A program made the translations under genes and the position numbers. Shown piece by piece: positions 41,221 through 52,390 of a stretch of 64,000 nt of DNA. Source of the stretch: Eremomyces bilateralis CBS 781.70 (lineage: Eukaryota); assembly GCA_010015585.1 (NCBI GenBank), contig ML975151.1; one strand, 5' to 3'. The notes below the pieces were generated by a model. The model did no database searches, was not told where the DNA came from, and saw nothing but the letters and a program-made list of their open reading frames with translations. Within the stretch, counting starts at the first letter, position 1; every line of letters begins with the position of its first letter.

Positions 41221-42069
41221 TCAGTTCTCCCCAGGCTGCAGAAGTAGGTTTGGTTCCAGCAGGTCTAACGATCGCTCCTTCACCCACCCCATCAGGTTGT
41301 CCATATTGGCACATGAGTGATACCCTGTATCCTCCGCGGCAGTAACCCACCCCTTACTAACATCCATCCAAGCAAAGGTGTTTAAACTTGTGTCCGCCCG
41401 ACACATGGTGCTGACACGGATGTTTTCGATGCAGTGGTCGACATGCACCTTATTCTCCACGTATGCTTCCGAGCCCACTGTCAGATTTGGGTAATAGAAG
41501 TCTTTGTATATCCAGTGTCGGATCTTCTTCAGGCAATGCAGTTCATGATGCATTCCTAGAAGCCCGATGTAGTCACCGCTGCCATCGGCTAGCTTCAGGC
41601 TGTCGACCTCCGCATACTGGAGATCTTTCGCAGACACGCGGATATTGACTCGATCAAACAGGCCATGCCATGCGTTGTCTAGCTCCGGGGACGGGTCTCC
41701 GACAAACGGGTTATGCGATAGCTTCACGGGAAGCTTTTTCTTCTCGAACTGGACGACTTTCGGGTCCTCTGCAAGTGAAGGGAAAAGATCAAGAGAGCGA
41801 CAGTGAAGGCCCCTTTGAGACAATTGGATATAGAGAAAGAGGAGCAGCAGAAGAGTGCAAAGACAAGTGAAGGCGAGTGCCCATATCGTCCAGATAGCCC
41901 GACGATATGCCCGGCGAAGACGCGTATGGGATTCCGGTTCGGTAGGATGGAAGTTTGTGTCTGGAAAATCCTGATAGACTTGCGGATAACGTGGAAGTGT
42001 ATCGAACGATGATGTCTCCAGGAGACCTTCCTTTACAGAATCATCGTCGTGGCTTAAGAATGGTGGCAT
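41221..42069 (-). CDS. DUF3328/UstYa-family oxidase #2 (282 aa)
   Basis: TM helix, FVGDPSPELDNAW, HHELHCLKKIR, HVDHCIENIRVSTMCRADTS and H-S-C near the C-terminus. Confidence 0.93.
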   Translation of the reverse strand: MPPFLSHDDDSVKEGLLETSSFDTLPRYPQVYQDFPDTNFHPTEPESHTRLRRAYRRAIWTIWALAFTCLCTLLLLLFLYIQLSQRGLHCRSLDLFPSLAEDPKVVQFEKKKLPVKLSHNPFVGDPSPELDNAWHGLFDRVNIRVSAKDLQYAEVDSLKLADGSGDYIGLLGMHHELHCLKKIRHWIYKDFYYPNLTVGSEAYVENKVHVDHCIENIRVSTMCRADTSLNTFAWMDVSKGWVTAAEDTGYHSCANMDNLMGWVKERSLDLLEPNLLLQPGEN

Positions 42070-43512
42070 CTTCGGGGCGGTAAGGTAGATTGGAGAATGA
42101 TGTGCCGTTCAAATCGGTCGATGATACGAAGGCAGTGGCTGGGAAGGCACTCGCGGATTCCAAGAACAGCTCAAGAGATGAAGGATTCCAGTCCAGGGGA
42201 GATATGAGCACGTATTTCCCATCGCCCGAGGCATGGAGATCCGATAATCTATGGAGGTTCAACCAGCAAGCCATATCAACAAATACTAACGTCAGGATAG
42301 CAAGATTAACCGACACACAGCAACTTGGACGATAACCCAGTTATTCCTTAGAGCTTACAAGGATGGATGGAGACGGAGAGGCTGAAGTCTGAACGGATTA
42401 TGATGATCCCGTGTTTGATGCTTCGAAGTTCGAGATGCATCGTGGAATTCGGACTCCGTTCATCGTGATGTGTCGTTGGTTTTCCCGTCGACCAGGATCA
42501 TCCAGTCACTCCGATTTTGTGTCATGCACGACAGTCGACCTCACCCGAACATTCATCCCTCTACCACAGTGAACTCATTCCTCTTAAGACGAATGCCAAT
42601 GAAGGCAAGTTTATCACAATTACCGCCTATCCAATTAGCATTCGATCAAGCCGTTTCAACGTTTCGTTCCGCTTGCCGTTGTGATCCCCACGGTCTTAGC
42701 GTAACTGTGAGAACCCGAAGAGGGCTGAGGGCATTCCGCAATGTGGAATTTCCCGAGAAGATGTTGAAACAGTGGAATAGGGAAGATACTCGTTCTAGAT
42801 TCCCCGATATGTTAGCCGGAACTCAACGTGATACGCTCCAGCTTTGGCTGCTAAATGGATGTCCCCCAGCCCTGATCCTGTCGCCCCAAGTGGCACATCT
42901 GAATCCTCCATTCTCCGATGGACGACGCATGGTCAAACTGAGGCTGATCTTTTCCATCTCATTTTTATGAACCTAGCTGGCCTATGAATACTTCCGTTCT
43001 TATTCGCTCCCCTAGTCCATGCTTTTTAGCGTTGCAAATGCCGCATCCCCGCTTAATGGATCCATCTAGCCACCTGATACAATTCACAATGGCTAAGAAG
43101 GCAGTAACCACTAGAGGGTTGATGCCGATCGCATTTGAATCTAACAGGATGTGACAGAGTCGCCTTCTCCGTCTCCATCCTAACAATAACCCACGCCTAT
43201 CTACGGAGTATTAAGGACCCCCCTGGAGGCGGCACTTGTACCTTGAAGAATGAGGGATTAAGACTAATACTTCCCTGTCCAATTTGTCCGTCAGAACCAA
43301 ACCGGGATTGCTGAGGTGGCAAACCGGTGCATATATGAGATAGATGCTCGCTGTTGTCATCTTCATTAGCCACCTGCATCTTCCTCCATATCGTCCACGT
43401 CTGCTGGCTGGGCTCCGATCAACGTCAACGGCTTTCATTCCAAGCAACACCCAAAACCCACCATCCTCAAGAACAATACCAACCAATCAGTCACTATATA
43501 CTTCTCCTTATC

Positions 43513-43992
43513 ATGAAGACTCAAGGTGTCCTCCTCTTGACTGCCGCCCTCTGTGGCAGTGCGGCTATCGCTGCTCCTGTTGCTGCCCCTGCCTATGACC
43601 CCTGTGCTGGGAAGGTCACGTTTGGCGTCTCCATGGGCTCAGTGGGCCATTGTATTCGCTCTGCCATCCCTTCCAAGCAAACGTTAGAGAAACGAGGAGT
43701 TGATGGCGACGATGCCGTCGTATATGCATGGAAGGTTCCGGAAGAGAAGGAGAAGCGTGAGGACGGCGATGATGCTGTCGTCTACTCCTGGAAAGTCCCG
43801 GAAGAGAAGGAGAAGCGTGAGGATGGTGATGATGCTGTCGTCTACTCCTGGAAAGTCCCGGAGGATAAAGAGAAGCGTGAGGACGGCGATGATGCTGTCG
43901 TCTACTCGTGGAAAGTCCCAGAGAAGGAGAAGCGTGAGGATGGCGATGATGCTGTCGTCTATTCCTGGAAAATTCCGGAGGAGAAAAACTAG
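43513..43992 (+). CDS. Kex2-processed repeat protein; putative dikaritin RiPP precursor (159 aa)
   Basis: Signal peptide MKTQGVLLLTAALCGSAAIA. Five KR-preceded repeats DGDDAVVY(A/S)WK(V/I)P with acidic/basic tails. Adjacent to two DUF3328 genes. Confidence 0.9.
   Translation: MKTQGVLLLTAALCGSAAIAAPVAAPAYDPCAGKVTFGVSMGSVGHCIRSAIPSKQTLEKRGVDGDDAVVYAWKVPEEKEKREDGDDAVVYSWKVPEEKEKREDGDDAVVYSWKVPEDKEKREDGDDAVVYSWKVPEKEKREDGDDAVVYSWKIPEEKN
43687..43989 (+). repeat. Coding tandem repeat, five units of ~57-63 bp
   Basis: Unit gagaagcgtgagga(c/t)gg(c/t)gatgatgctgtcgtcta(c/t)tcctggaaagtcccggaagagaag, with mostly synonymous variation between copies. Confidence 0.95.
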
Positions 43993-44419
43993 ACTCCAAC
44001 TTGTTGTGTTGACCATGGCGTTGGAGATGCGTATTGCTGGAGGGTTGGTTGTTCTGCGCGAATATCTGTGTTCGGGTCTTGGGAAGCGGAGCATATATTA
44101 CAACATTGAAGGATGTCCCGAATCTGTTCAGGGCTTACTTATTTCACTGTTCCTTACTTGCGTTAGTGGAAAATAGAACCATTTTTCGAAATGTACAAAT
44201 GAATCGATAAAAAGAATTTCCAGCTTTTACTTCCTCGTCGACTCAGTGGCTGCCCAATGCAGTCGAGTACAATGCAATATCACAATAACGAACTTATACT
44301 GGTTGGACGATGTAGTTGACATCTTGTAATAAGAGCACTCGGCCAAGGAGAAGGATATGAAATGGGACCATCAATAGAGAAGAGAATCGTCAAACTGGCC
44401 ATTATACTTGTATGTAATA

Positions 44420-46079
44420 TCAATCTTTTATAGCAGCTCTCACACCGAGAGCCGCACCTTCTGCTGCTTCGGTCACATCGAGTTCGCCCGTCAACGAGCC
44501 CCAGTGTTCCCAACCTTTTCTTATCGGTTTTCCTTCGGCTGTCCAAGCTTTGTTCCAAGCGAGGACTTGCGATACCAGACCTTCCAGCGTTGTCCAGCTG
44601 CCTTCATATTCCAATCCGCCATCATTTTTGCTTCGCCTGGCACTGGAGTCATCCCAAACTGCGTGTACTGAGGTGATGTAAAACAGACTCGGCACAAGAT
44701 ACAATTTTCCATCTCTGCCAAGAGGCGGAAGTTTAAGAGCAGCAGTGATTGTAGGATATCGAATTTGAAAGAGATAATACGCCTCAATCGGATACGATAT
44801 CAAGAAGGGCAGGATTCCAGGAATGTAAGGGAAGCTCACTGGAGAAACCGAAAGGGTTTCCAAAACTTTATACATGTCCCCAAAGGTAATGGAGGGGTTG
44901 GGATCGGTGACAGCGAATGTTTCTCCTCCAATGTCGGGCATCTGAGAAGACGCGGGTGGCGAGAGGAGGTCTATGAGGCGTGCTTCATATAGCAAGTGTG
45001 CAAGGGACACGTGCTGGACATGTACAAAGTTCTGTAGGATGTTGTGCAACCAGCTGACAACGTTAGCATAAAATTATGGACACCAAAATGGTAGAGACCA
45101 ACCTAGGGGATCCTCCATTTCGAAGCATTTGTCCTCCTTGAAGATCATCCTCGTCACCATATACAGCTACATGCTGTCAGCTCAGCCGCTTACAATCCGA
45201 ACCGATGACACTATACCATTGACAGGCCAAATGCAACCGGTCCGGAACCCACCGTCAGGATCATCGGCTCGTTGAACCAGTTTCTCGGCCTGAAACTTGG
45301 AGTATGCGTAGCAACCGAAAAATTCCTCAAGTTTAGAAAGATACAAGCTGGGCTCATGGTCGCACAATGGTTGAACAAAACGTGCAGGATACTTTTGCCA
45401 AGGCCACATCCAGAGCCCAGGTCGAGCTATGAGAACAGATCCAGAAGATGTCATGAGAAAGACCGATGCACCAACAGCCTTAGAGGCTTCGAGTGTGTTC
45501 TGAGTCCCGTGGATATTGATCCGTTCATATGGTCCCATGGTATCATGTGTCCGGTCAGTTGTTCTGACGATCGCGACAGTGTGAAACACTGTCAGGGGAA
45601 GTTTGGAAGCGCCATCATCCCAAGCGGTTGCAAAAGCGTGTGCAAGTGACTCTGGATCGGTCACGTCTACACTGATAAACCTGATTGCCTCAAGTCCTCC
45701 TTTCACAGGGGGTCTGATATCGAAATTGACAATTGTCCGTGAATCTTCTCCACGTTGGAGTAAGTGTCGGAGAATCCAACCTCCCACAAAACCTTATTCA
45801 CTTGATGAGCCTTGACCACCTGGGAACAAATGCTAGGTACTTACCTGAACCGCCAGTAACGACATACCTCCGACCGGTCCGAGGAGGTAAATGGTCTTTC
45901 AAGTCCAAAGTGCGGCCTTCTAGCCGCCTTGCGCACTCACGGATTTCCGTCGAGGTGAATCGGTGGGGACTAAGCTTCCGGGCTTCGTCTGGTAAGCTTG
46001 ACAATGCTCGGTTCACCCTAAGCAGATAGATGAACAGAATAGTTAGAAGCAGCAAAAGAGGTCCGATTATCCACCCCAT
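44420..46079 (-). CDS. Extended SDR / 3-beta-HSD-like NAD(P)-dependent epimerase-dehydrogenase with an N-terminal membrane anchor
   Basis: VVTGGSG|FVGGW Rossmann motif, TVFHTVA, NIHGTQN, TSSGS and YAYSK catalytic motif. Three introns restore the frame. Confidence 0.85.
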
Positions 46080-47156
46080 GGTGTCGAATGGTTGTGTTAA
46101 CCTCACTGGTCCGATCACAATGGAAGGAGTAGGTGATAGTATGCACTTCGAATCTTTCTAGACTGGATGACGATAAAACCGAGCGGTTGAACTCAATATC
46201 TGACAATGTAAATACAACGCAATCAGAGCCCAAGGTCCACCGTACCGTAGGTTCTTTTCATTGAAACTGGATTATTCAGACAGTAGCCTACCTTGTCGGT
46301 TCAAACGAAGAGTCCTGCAAATTATAACCGTGTTGAATTGAGATAATTCCGGTCTCCCGATTCCTTTTCCCGTCATATCAACGTGAGGTACATTGTCCAG
46401 GATCATCGTTCTGGACAGGACCCGATTGGTTGACGCTCTCAGGTGAGTCCAATTGGCCGAGGCGGATGTACGATTGGGTATTGCGTGGTTAGACAGCCAT
46501 CGATCGCATGAAATCGATCCCAGTGAGGAGAATTCATATGAAAGCGGCGGGATTTCCCAATTCATGGCTGGTCGGGTTCGGGGCTTCGTGCATCTTAAAT
46601 TTTCAAAGGTTCGAATTTGATGAAAGGACTCCCTGTCAGCTTACTCAGCGGTACAGTGGTCGGGACCTTCACGCTCGACACTCGACAGAGATAGAATGAA
46701 TCCTAGCACGTGTAAGCTAAGCCTAGAGAGGAAAACACTCTCAACCGGAAGAAGACAAAAGTCCCTCGCTCCTTTCGACTTTTCCGATATCCTATCGTGG
46801 CTTTAGGAACCAATCAGAGTACAGGTAGCGTACCAACAACGGGCTTTCTTGTTTGGACTGCAGTGTTCCTGTTATGCTTTCTTTGCATACAGGATTACCT
46901 GTCCGGCACATGTACAGGGTTGTACTATGGCGTTTTGTTATGGTTGAATGAACTATACTTGGATGTAGACGGGAAACTCACTGCGTCGATAGCATGATAT
47001 GCTATAGAGTCGTCATCTGCTCGTTGTAAAAGAAGCGGACCTGGTATCAACTTCTCCCTGAACAATTGTTCTGTTCTATCGATTAGAAAGAATAGGCATA
47101 CCCCAGTCCCCCCTTCCAAGATGTCTATCTTTATTTCAATGTACAAAGAAAAGAAC

Positions 47157-48203
47157 ATGGCACTTCCGCTTGTGCCGCCGAACGAGGGTGGAACTTACAT
47201 TATCACAGGGGCAAACACAGGACTTGATTTCGAGTGTCCTCAAAACTTGGTTCGCCTGTCGGCGGGTAGGGTAAAACTCGCCGTCCGCTCCATAGATAAA
47301 GGTGAGAGCGCAAAGGTGAGGATCGAAGCAGAACCGGATGAAATGGAGTTGCGGAAGTAGAGCCTCTCGACCTCACCTCCTACGACTCAGTCAAGGGATT
47401 CGCCAAGAAGGTCCGGAGTTGGATCGAATCGACGCGGTCCTCGAGAATGCGAGTATTGCAGTGGATTCTTATACAATCTCAGAAGGGTTTGAGACGAGCA
47501 TAGCTGTGAATGTTGTCAGCACCATACTGTTGGCTCTGTTGGTCTTGCCGAGACTGCAAATCAGCGGGAAAAGCATGGTCTCACACCACATTTGGTGGTC
47601 ACAGGAAGCGGTGCAGCGTTATCCGCAAAGGGGCAGCTGGAGAAGGTGGAGGGCAACATACTGAAAGGACTGACCTACAACACTATGGGTGAAAGGTGAT
47701 ATTCTTTCCTCGAGTTGCCCGCCTAGAACAAATCTTCTTAACAGAACCCAAAGATATTTCGTCACCAAGCTTTTGCAACTATACGCGGTCCAAGAGCTCG
47801 CCGCCCTCAAACCGTGTTCGGAGACCGGAGTAGTCATAAGCTGTGTCAACCCCGGATTCTGCAATACCGGATTGAGTCGACACGCCCGCTTCACAAAACG
47901 GATCGAGATGAATTTGATGCAGTTCCTCGTGGCGACAACTGCGGATCAGGGCCGCAGGACCATATTGCACGCAGCCACTGCAGGGAAGCAGAGTCACGGC
48001 AAATATTTGTCCAATTGCGAAGCTGCAGAAGAGTAAGTTCTTCCACGCCATACCTGATTGCAATACTCATTTCACGGACCAGAGATCCGCTCCTATCATT
48101 TGTTACAAACGAGGCTGGTATGGTGATGCAGAAGCGGGTGTGTGACAGCATCTCAAGGAAATTGAATGAAATTCAACCCAGGTGTTTCCAAGAGGATCGT
48201 TAG
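47157..48203 (+). pseudogene. Frameshifted classical short-chain dehydrogenase (retinol-DH-like)
   Basis: TGANTGLD (Gly replaced by Asp), LAVRS...KGE, LDLTSYDSV, NVVST, YFVTK and VNPGFC occur in different reading frames without intron signals at the shifts (~47340, ~47420, ~47570). Confidence 0.75.
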
Positions 48204-49554
48204 AGTTTGGAATTGCGGTTTGCTGCTCGAACAGGCTTCGAAAGCTTTGCGACGTTGGCAAATTTCAGCCCGGTTCATTTGTATACGCAGATGTTCCGAC
48301 GGTCGAACCGAGAGTCACGAGAGAGAAGATCGGTCTATTCGCTGCCGTGCGTCAACATAGAGCTTTCTTCGGCCCAGGCGGCCACTAATATTATCATGAA
48401 TGGACAATAACTGCGGCTATCATTGTGTTTGGAGGTGTCTGACGGTATTGACCGTCTCCGTAGATTCTGGTGCCCGAATCGATATCTAGGTTCGATAAAT
48501 GGAAAGTGTATCAGGCTGGGTGAAAGGCCTGGCTTGCCCATGTGGATTTCCGAAGTTGCAGGTCCACTGTGTTCATATTGTCAGTAGGAAACTACCATCA
48601 CATCTCACAAACTTACAGGCTTCATCACGCGGCACATGTTGATGCCATTTCAGCATCCCAACCTCCGCCGGATGATAGAAGTCCGGGGTTATACCTCTCG
48701 ATATATGATAATAGCAAAGACTTGGGGAGGATCAACATCATCCGCTAAGCTGCATCCGCACTTCAGCCTTGCATTAATGAATGCGAGCTCTCATGCGTGA
48801 TCGCACTTCCCATGGAAACAATAGAGGCTATTCCTAACTGTTGGAGGAATAGCACAGCCATAGTCCACTTTCGAGTTACTTCTGCCTAGATTCTTTCCTT
48901 TCGTTACATGGCTGCGTATCAGGTGCCGAAGAGCCCCATTGATCTTGTCATTTTCTACAAACTGGAAGCTCGCTGTGGCTGTTGTCCCTTTCGGAAATTA
49001 CTGTGGTCAGAGAGGGATACCTGAGCAACGATGATGCCAAACCTCCCATTCATGGTCTGCAGGTCTTCCCTGGCGAACCCCTTCGGGACTTCGCTGGTTG
49101 AAAAGTAGTCGAGGAGATGAAGCTGGGTGATCAAAACTTGTTGCTGACAGCTCCAGAAGCCTCGATGTCTAATTCGGTTTCTAGGCTTAACCAAATTCGG
49201 CCATTGCCTGCGCCCGCAACAAGGTTTGGGGGAAATAGGCGCCAGCCTTGCGCTATGGGAGCGTCAGCAAATAACAACACCATAACTATAACAAATGGAT
49301 CTTATGGCTGACTGCGCGTCACCCTGAGATTCAAATTTTTGCCGTTTCGAGCAGTGCTTCGGGAGTAAGGCAGAGTAAGGAGAGGAAGAGAGAGGATTCT
49401 TATGACCATGATAGCAACGTGTGCTATAGGATAGTATATGGATATTTCGCCTTGACAGGAACAATATCGTGAGCCTGCTTCGCATTGTTGAAACTCCGTA
49501 CTCCATGACCGCTTGAAATCTTTCATCGGCCAGATTCCACGAAGATTATTCTTC

Positions 49555-50913
49555 ATGGCTCAAGACCTGGTATGTCCCCAGCTGTTCCTCATGGCGATGA
49601 CTCCTATCGATTCTCAACGATTGAAAATCACTAACTCTCTACTGTATCGGTAGGCATCGCAAATTCCTCTCTCTAGCACCGACCCTCCATTCAACCGCGA
49701 TGTTGATCTTACACTTGGCAAGTCATTAGGACAGCGCCCTTCAGGTTCACCATCTCAAGGCGGCGGGGGCGGAGTCGCATCCTCTGGTCCCCCAACTCAA
49801 GGCGATGGGGGTGGAGCCGCATTTTCTGGTTCCACGCCCTCCACCGACAATACTTCAGGGCAAGATGCGACGGTACCTGTGAACCACCGACCAAATGACC
49901 CTCAATCTCAATCGAATAGCGGTTCTGAAGCACCGCAACAGCAGCAAGCGATGTTACTAGACGTTGTCAGCGCGTCACTCCCAACAATATTTCAGAAACG
50001 CGACCAGAAAAGCCGCGAGAATCTAGTAACGGAAACGAAGGACGAGATCGCACAATTTGTGGTGCAAGACCTTGACGTGAAGCGATTGACCGACATTCAA
50101 GGACTGCTATGGATGGCCGGTCGGCCTCTGGCCGGCAGGCCTCTTCATCGACACAAAATGCTTGAACGGCGTATTTTGAGAACGGAGCAAGCCGACCTCC
50201 ATATGCTAGTGCTTGAACAATCGGTGTTTCTCAAACCACTGCCATTATATTTGCTGTCCCATGCATTCTTCCAAGATTACATCTCCAAAGATCAAGACCT
50301 GGCCAAGTCGGCCAATGGATTCTTACTGTCATATACCTGGCTTATACGCAGCGAATTGGATTTCCAGTTGGCACAAATGGAGAGCCTGCTTCCAAATACC
50401 GAGCCGCAAATCACTTGGCTGGAGTGGAAGTCGTTCGTCCATTCATTCTTAAAATATGTCGACCCGAACACTTTGGAGCAAGTAAACGATCGCTATCATT
50501 TTGGCGAACTGCGGTTGGGCCGAATCAACACCATCTATCGCATCGCCCCCCGATTTTTTTTCCTGCATTTTGTGCGTGGGTACCTGTACGGGTACAACCG
50601 GTACGGTCCGTTCTTTCAACGTCGGTTCGCATTTACGCTGGTCCTGTTTGTCTGGCTCTCATTGATTTTATCCGCCATGCAAGTAGGGGTCGCCGTGGAT
50701 CCCCTCATGAGCCACAGCGCATTTCAGCAAGCTACTTTTGGATTTGTCGTCTTCTCGATAGTCTTGGTCGCCTTCATCATCGCCATGCTCATGTTGCTTT
50801 TCGGTGTAATTTTTCTGATCAACATGGTGCTGGCTAGTTTCCAAGCCCGGCGAGAGCGACATGCACGAAGGCTAAGGGCTCAGAAAAGCAATGAGACCTT
50901 GTCAACAGAATGA
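49555..50913 (+). CDS. Fungal membrane protein of unknown function (DUF6601-like)
   Basis: LWMAGRP...RPLHRH...TEQADLH...FLKPLP...GFLLSY..LI..E.DF...RYHFGELRLGRIN plus two C-terminal TM helices. Short exon 1 MAQDL, intron ~49570-49653. Confidence 0.7.
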
Positions 50914-52390
50914 TGCAGCTTTACAGAGGACGAAGGAGAGAATGCTGTTAAATTCAATTTGACAGTGGATCAGTTTGGGACGCTGATGAGTCTCCCACGA
51001 CTTCGGATGCTCGTGTCTAACACTACCCTCTAATGTAAAAAGGGGTTTTCGTCCTGGTCGCTCCTGCGATCATCAAAATGCGCTCAGTCATTGAACTTCA
51101 GCGCTCTTAGGGCCATGTGCCCATGAACCATTGCCGGGTACCTTAACCCATTCCATACCAGTCTTTTCTTTTCCAGCCTGTCCATACGCATATGCGCCGA
51201 GTTCGAATAACTCTATTTTGGATAAAACATGTCCTTCATCGTACAATCACATCAGCTGTCTGAAACTTTTGCCATGTTATGATGTTGGTCACCAATAGAG
51301 GGCTCCAGATTTGAGCGAATAACTATGATTTAAGCGAGTCTGGCATCGGTTGCCATTATTTTCTTTTTCGGCACTCTGCAGAGGGGACATTTACATTCAA
51401 TGCTTCACATCACTTTCAGGGTCATTTACCCGAGGTCTCAGGGTGTGTCTAGATTGTACATATCTTTGTTAGTTACTACCACCTCGCAGGACGGAGCTGG
51501 CCGTTCATCTGCACAAGGTCATCAACCCTATCCCCATCTCCCATCTTTCCCAATGTCCTCATCGTTCGTCTGGTCCATTGGGGTAACTGCACCAATACAC
51601 GCCGTTGATGAAACTGCTGGTCTTCCTCGGAAAGCATCTGATAGATAAGGCTTATAATCAGGGCCGCCCGTCCCAACGTTCGCATATGCTATTTGATTTG
51701 ACAACCTCGGAGAGTTGGGGGTTGCCCGTTTAGAGACTGCCGCAAGAGCAGATGCCAACCGGAACAACTCAACGAGTGCATGCAAGCAACGTTCTCCTTG
51801 GAATATAAATGTGTCCCTAATGCAACTGACAGAAGAGGAATACCGAACGATGTTGAACAATGCAGCTCTCATCGCGCTACCAGACATTTGCATCTTCTGC
51901 CTCATCCAAAGAGCTACTTCAAAGAAGAGCGTCCTTAACAACATATTTAGTTCGACATATTCCTAGTGAAAAGCGCATCCGCAACGGCGGCACCCAACAT
52001 TGCTAGATGTCTCGTCGAAGCTAGTGGAATTGCTATTCTTCGATTGACTGAGATATAGACCTATACCTCACCCGTAGCCTTCCTAGGCATATCCAGCGTG
52101 TTCATTGCGGTGTGAACCAGATATGGTGGCGCCAAAGGGTCTTGAGGTGAATATAGTCCAGTTCAGTCCAAGGCAACCCTCATAGAACTTAGATGACATA
52201 GGTGTCGAGCAGTCTCGTTGATGTCTGCGTAATTACCATTGTCAACTGCGGGCTTTAAAGAACAAGCTGCTAAGCTAGAGGATGGGTACATAAGCAAGCG
52301 CTTGGGTCTTCCTTGAGGAGAGGTTTAACCCGGGTTGGGGTACAATTCGCACCACTAGGTCTTCATCCTAACGAGGAAGGCTGAGTCCTT

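Noticed and set aside
43513..43992. Alpha-factor-like pheromone precursor interpretation
   Set aside because: The repeats lack the Cys-containing WC..GQ.C-type core and regular X-A/X-P Ste13 spacers. The strongly acidic flanks and adjacent DUF3328 genes fit a RiPP precursor better.
43616..44176. Repetitive ORFs in other frames and on the other strand; CRISPR-like periodicity
   Set aside because: These are shadow frames of the precursor repeat. The units are contiguous with no unique spacers, and the genome is eukaryotic.
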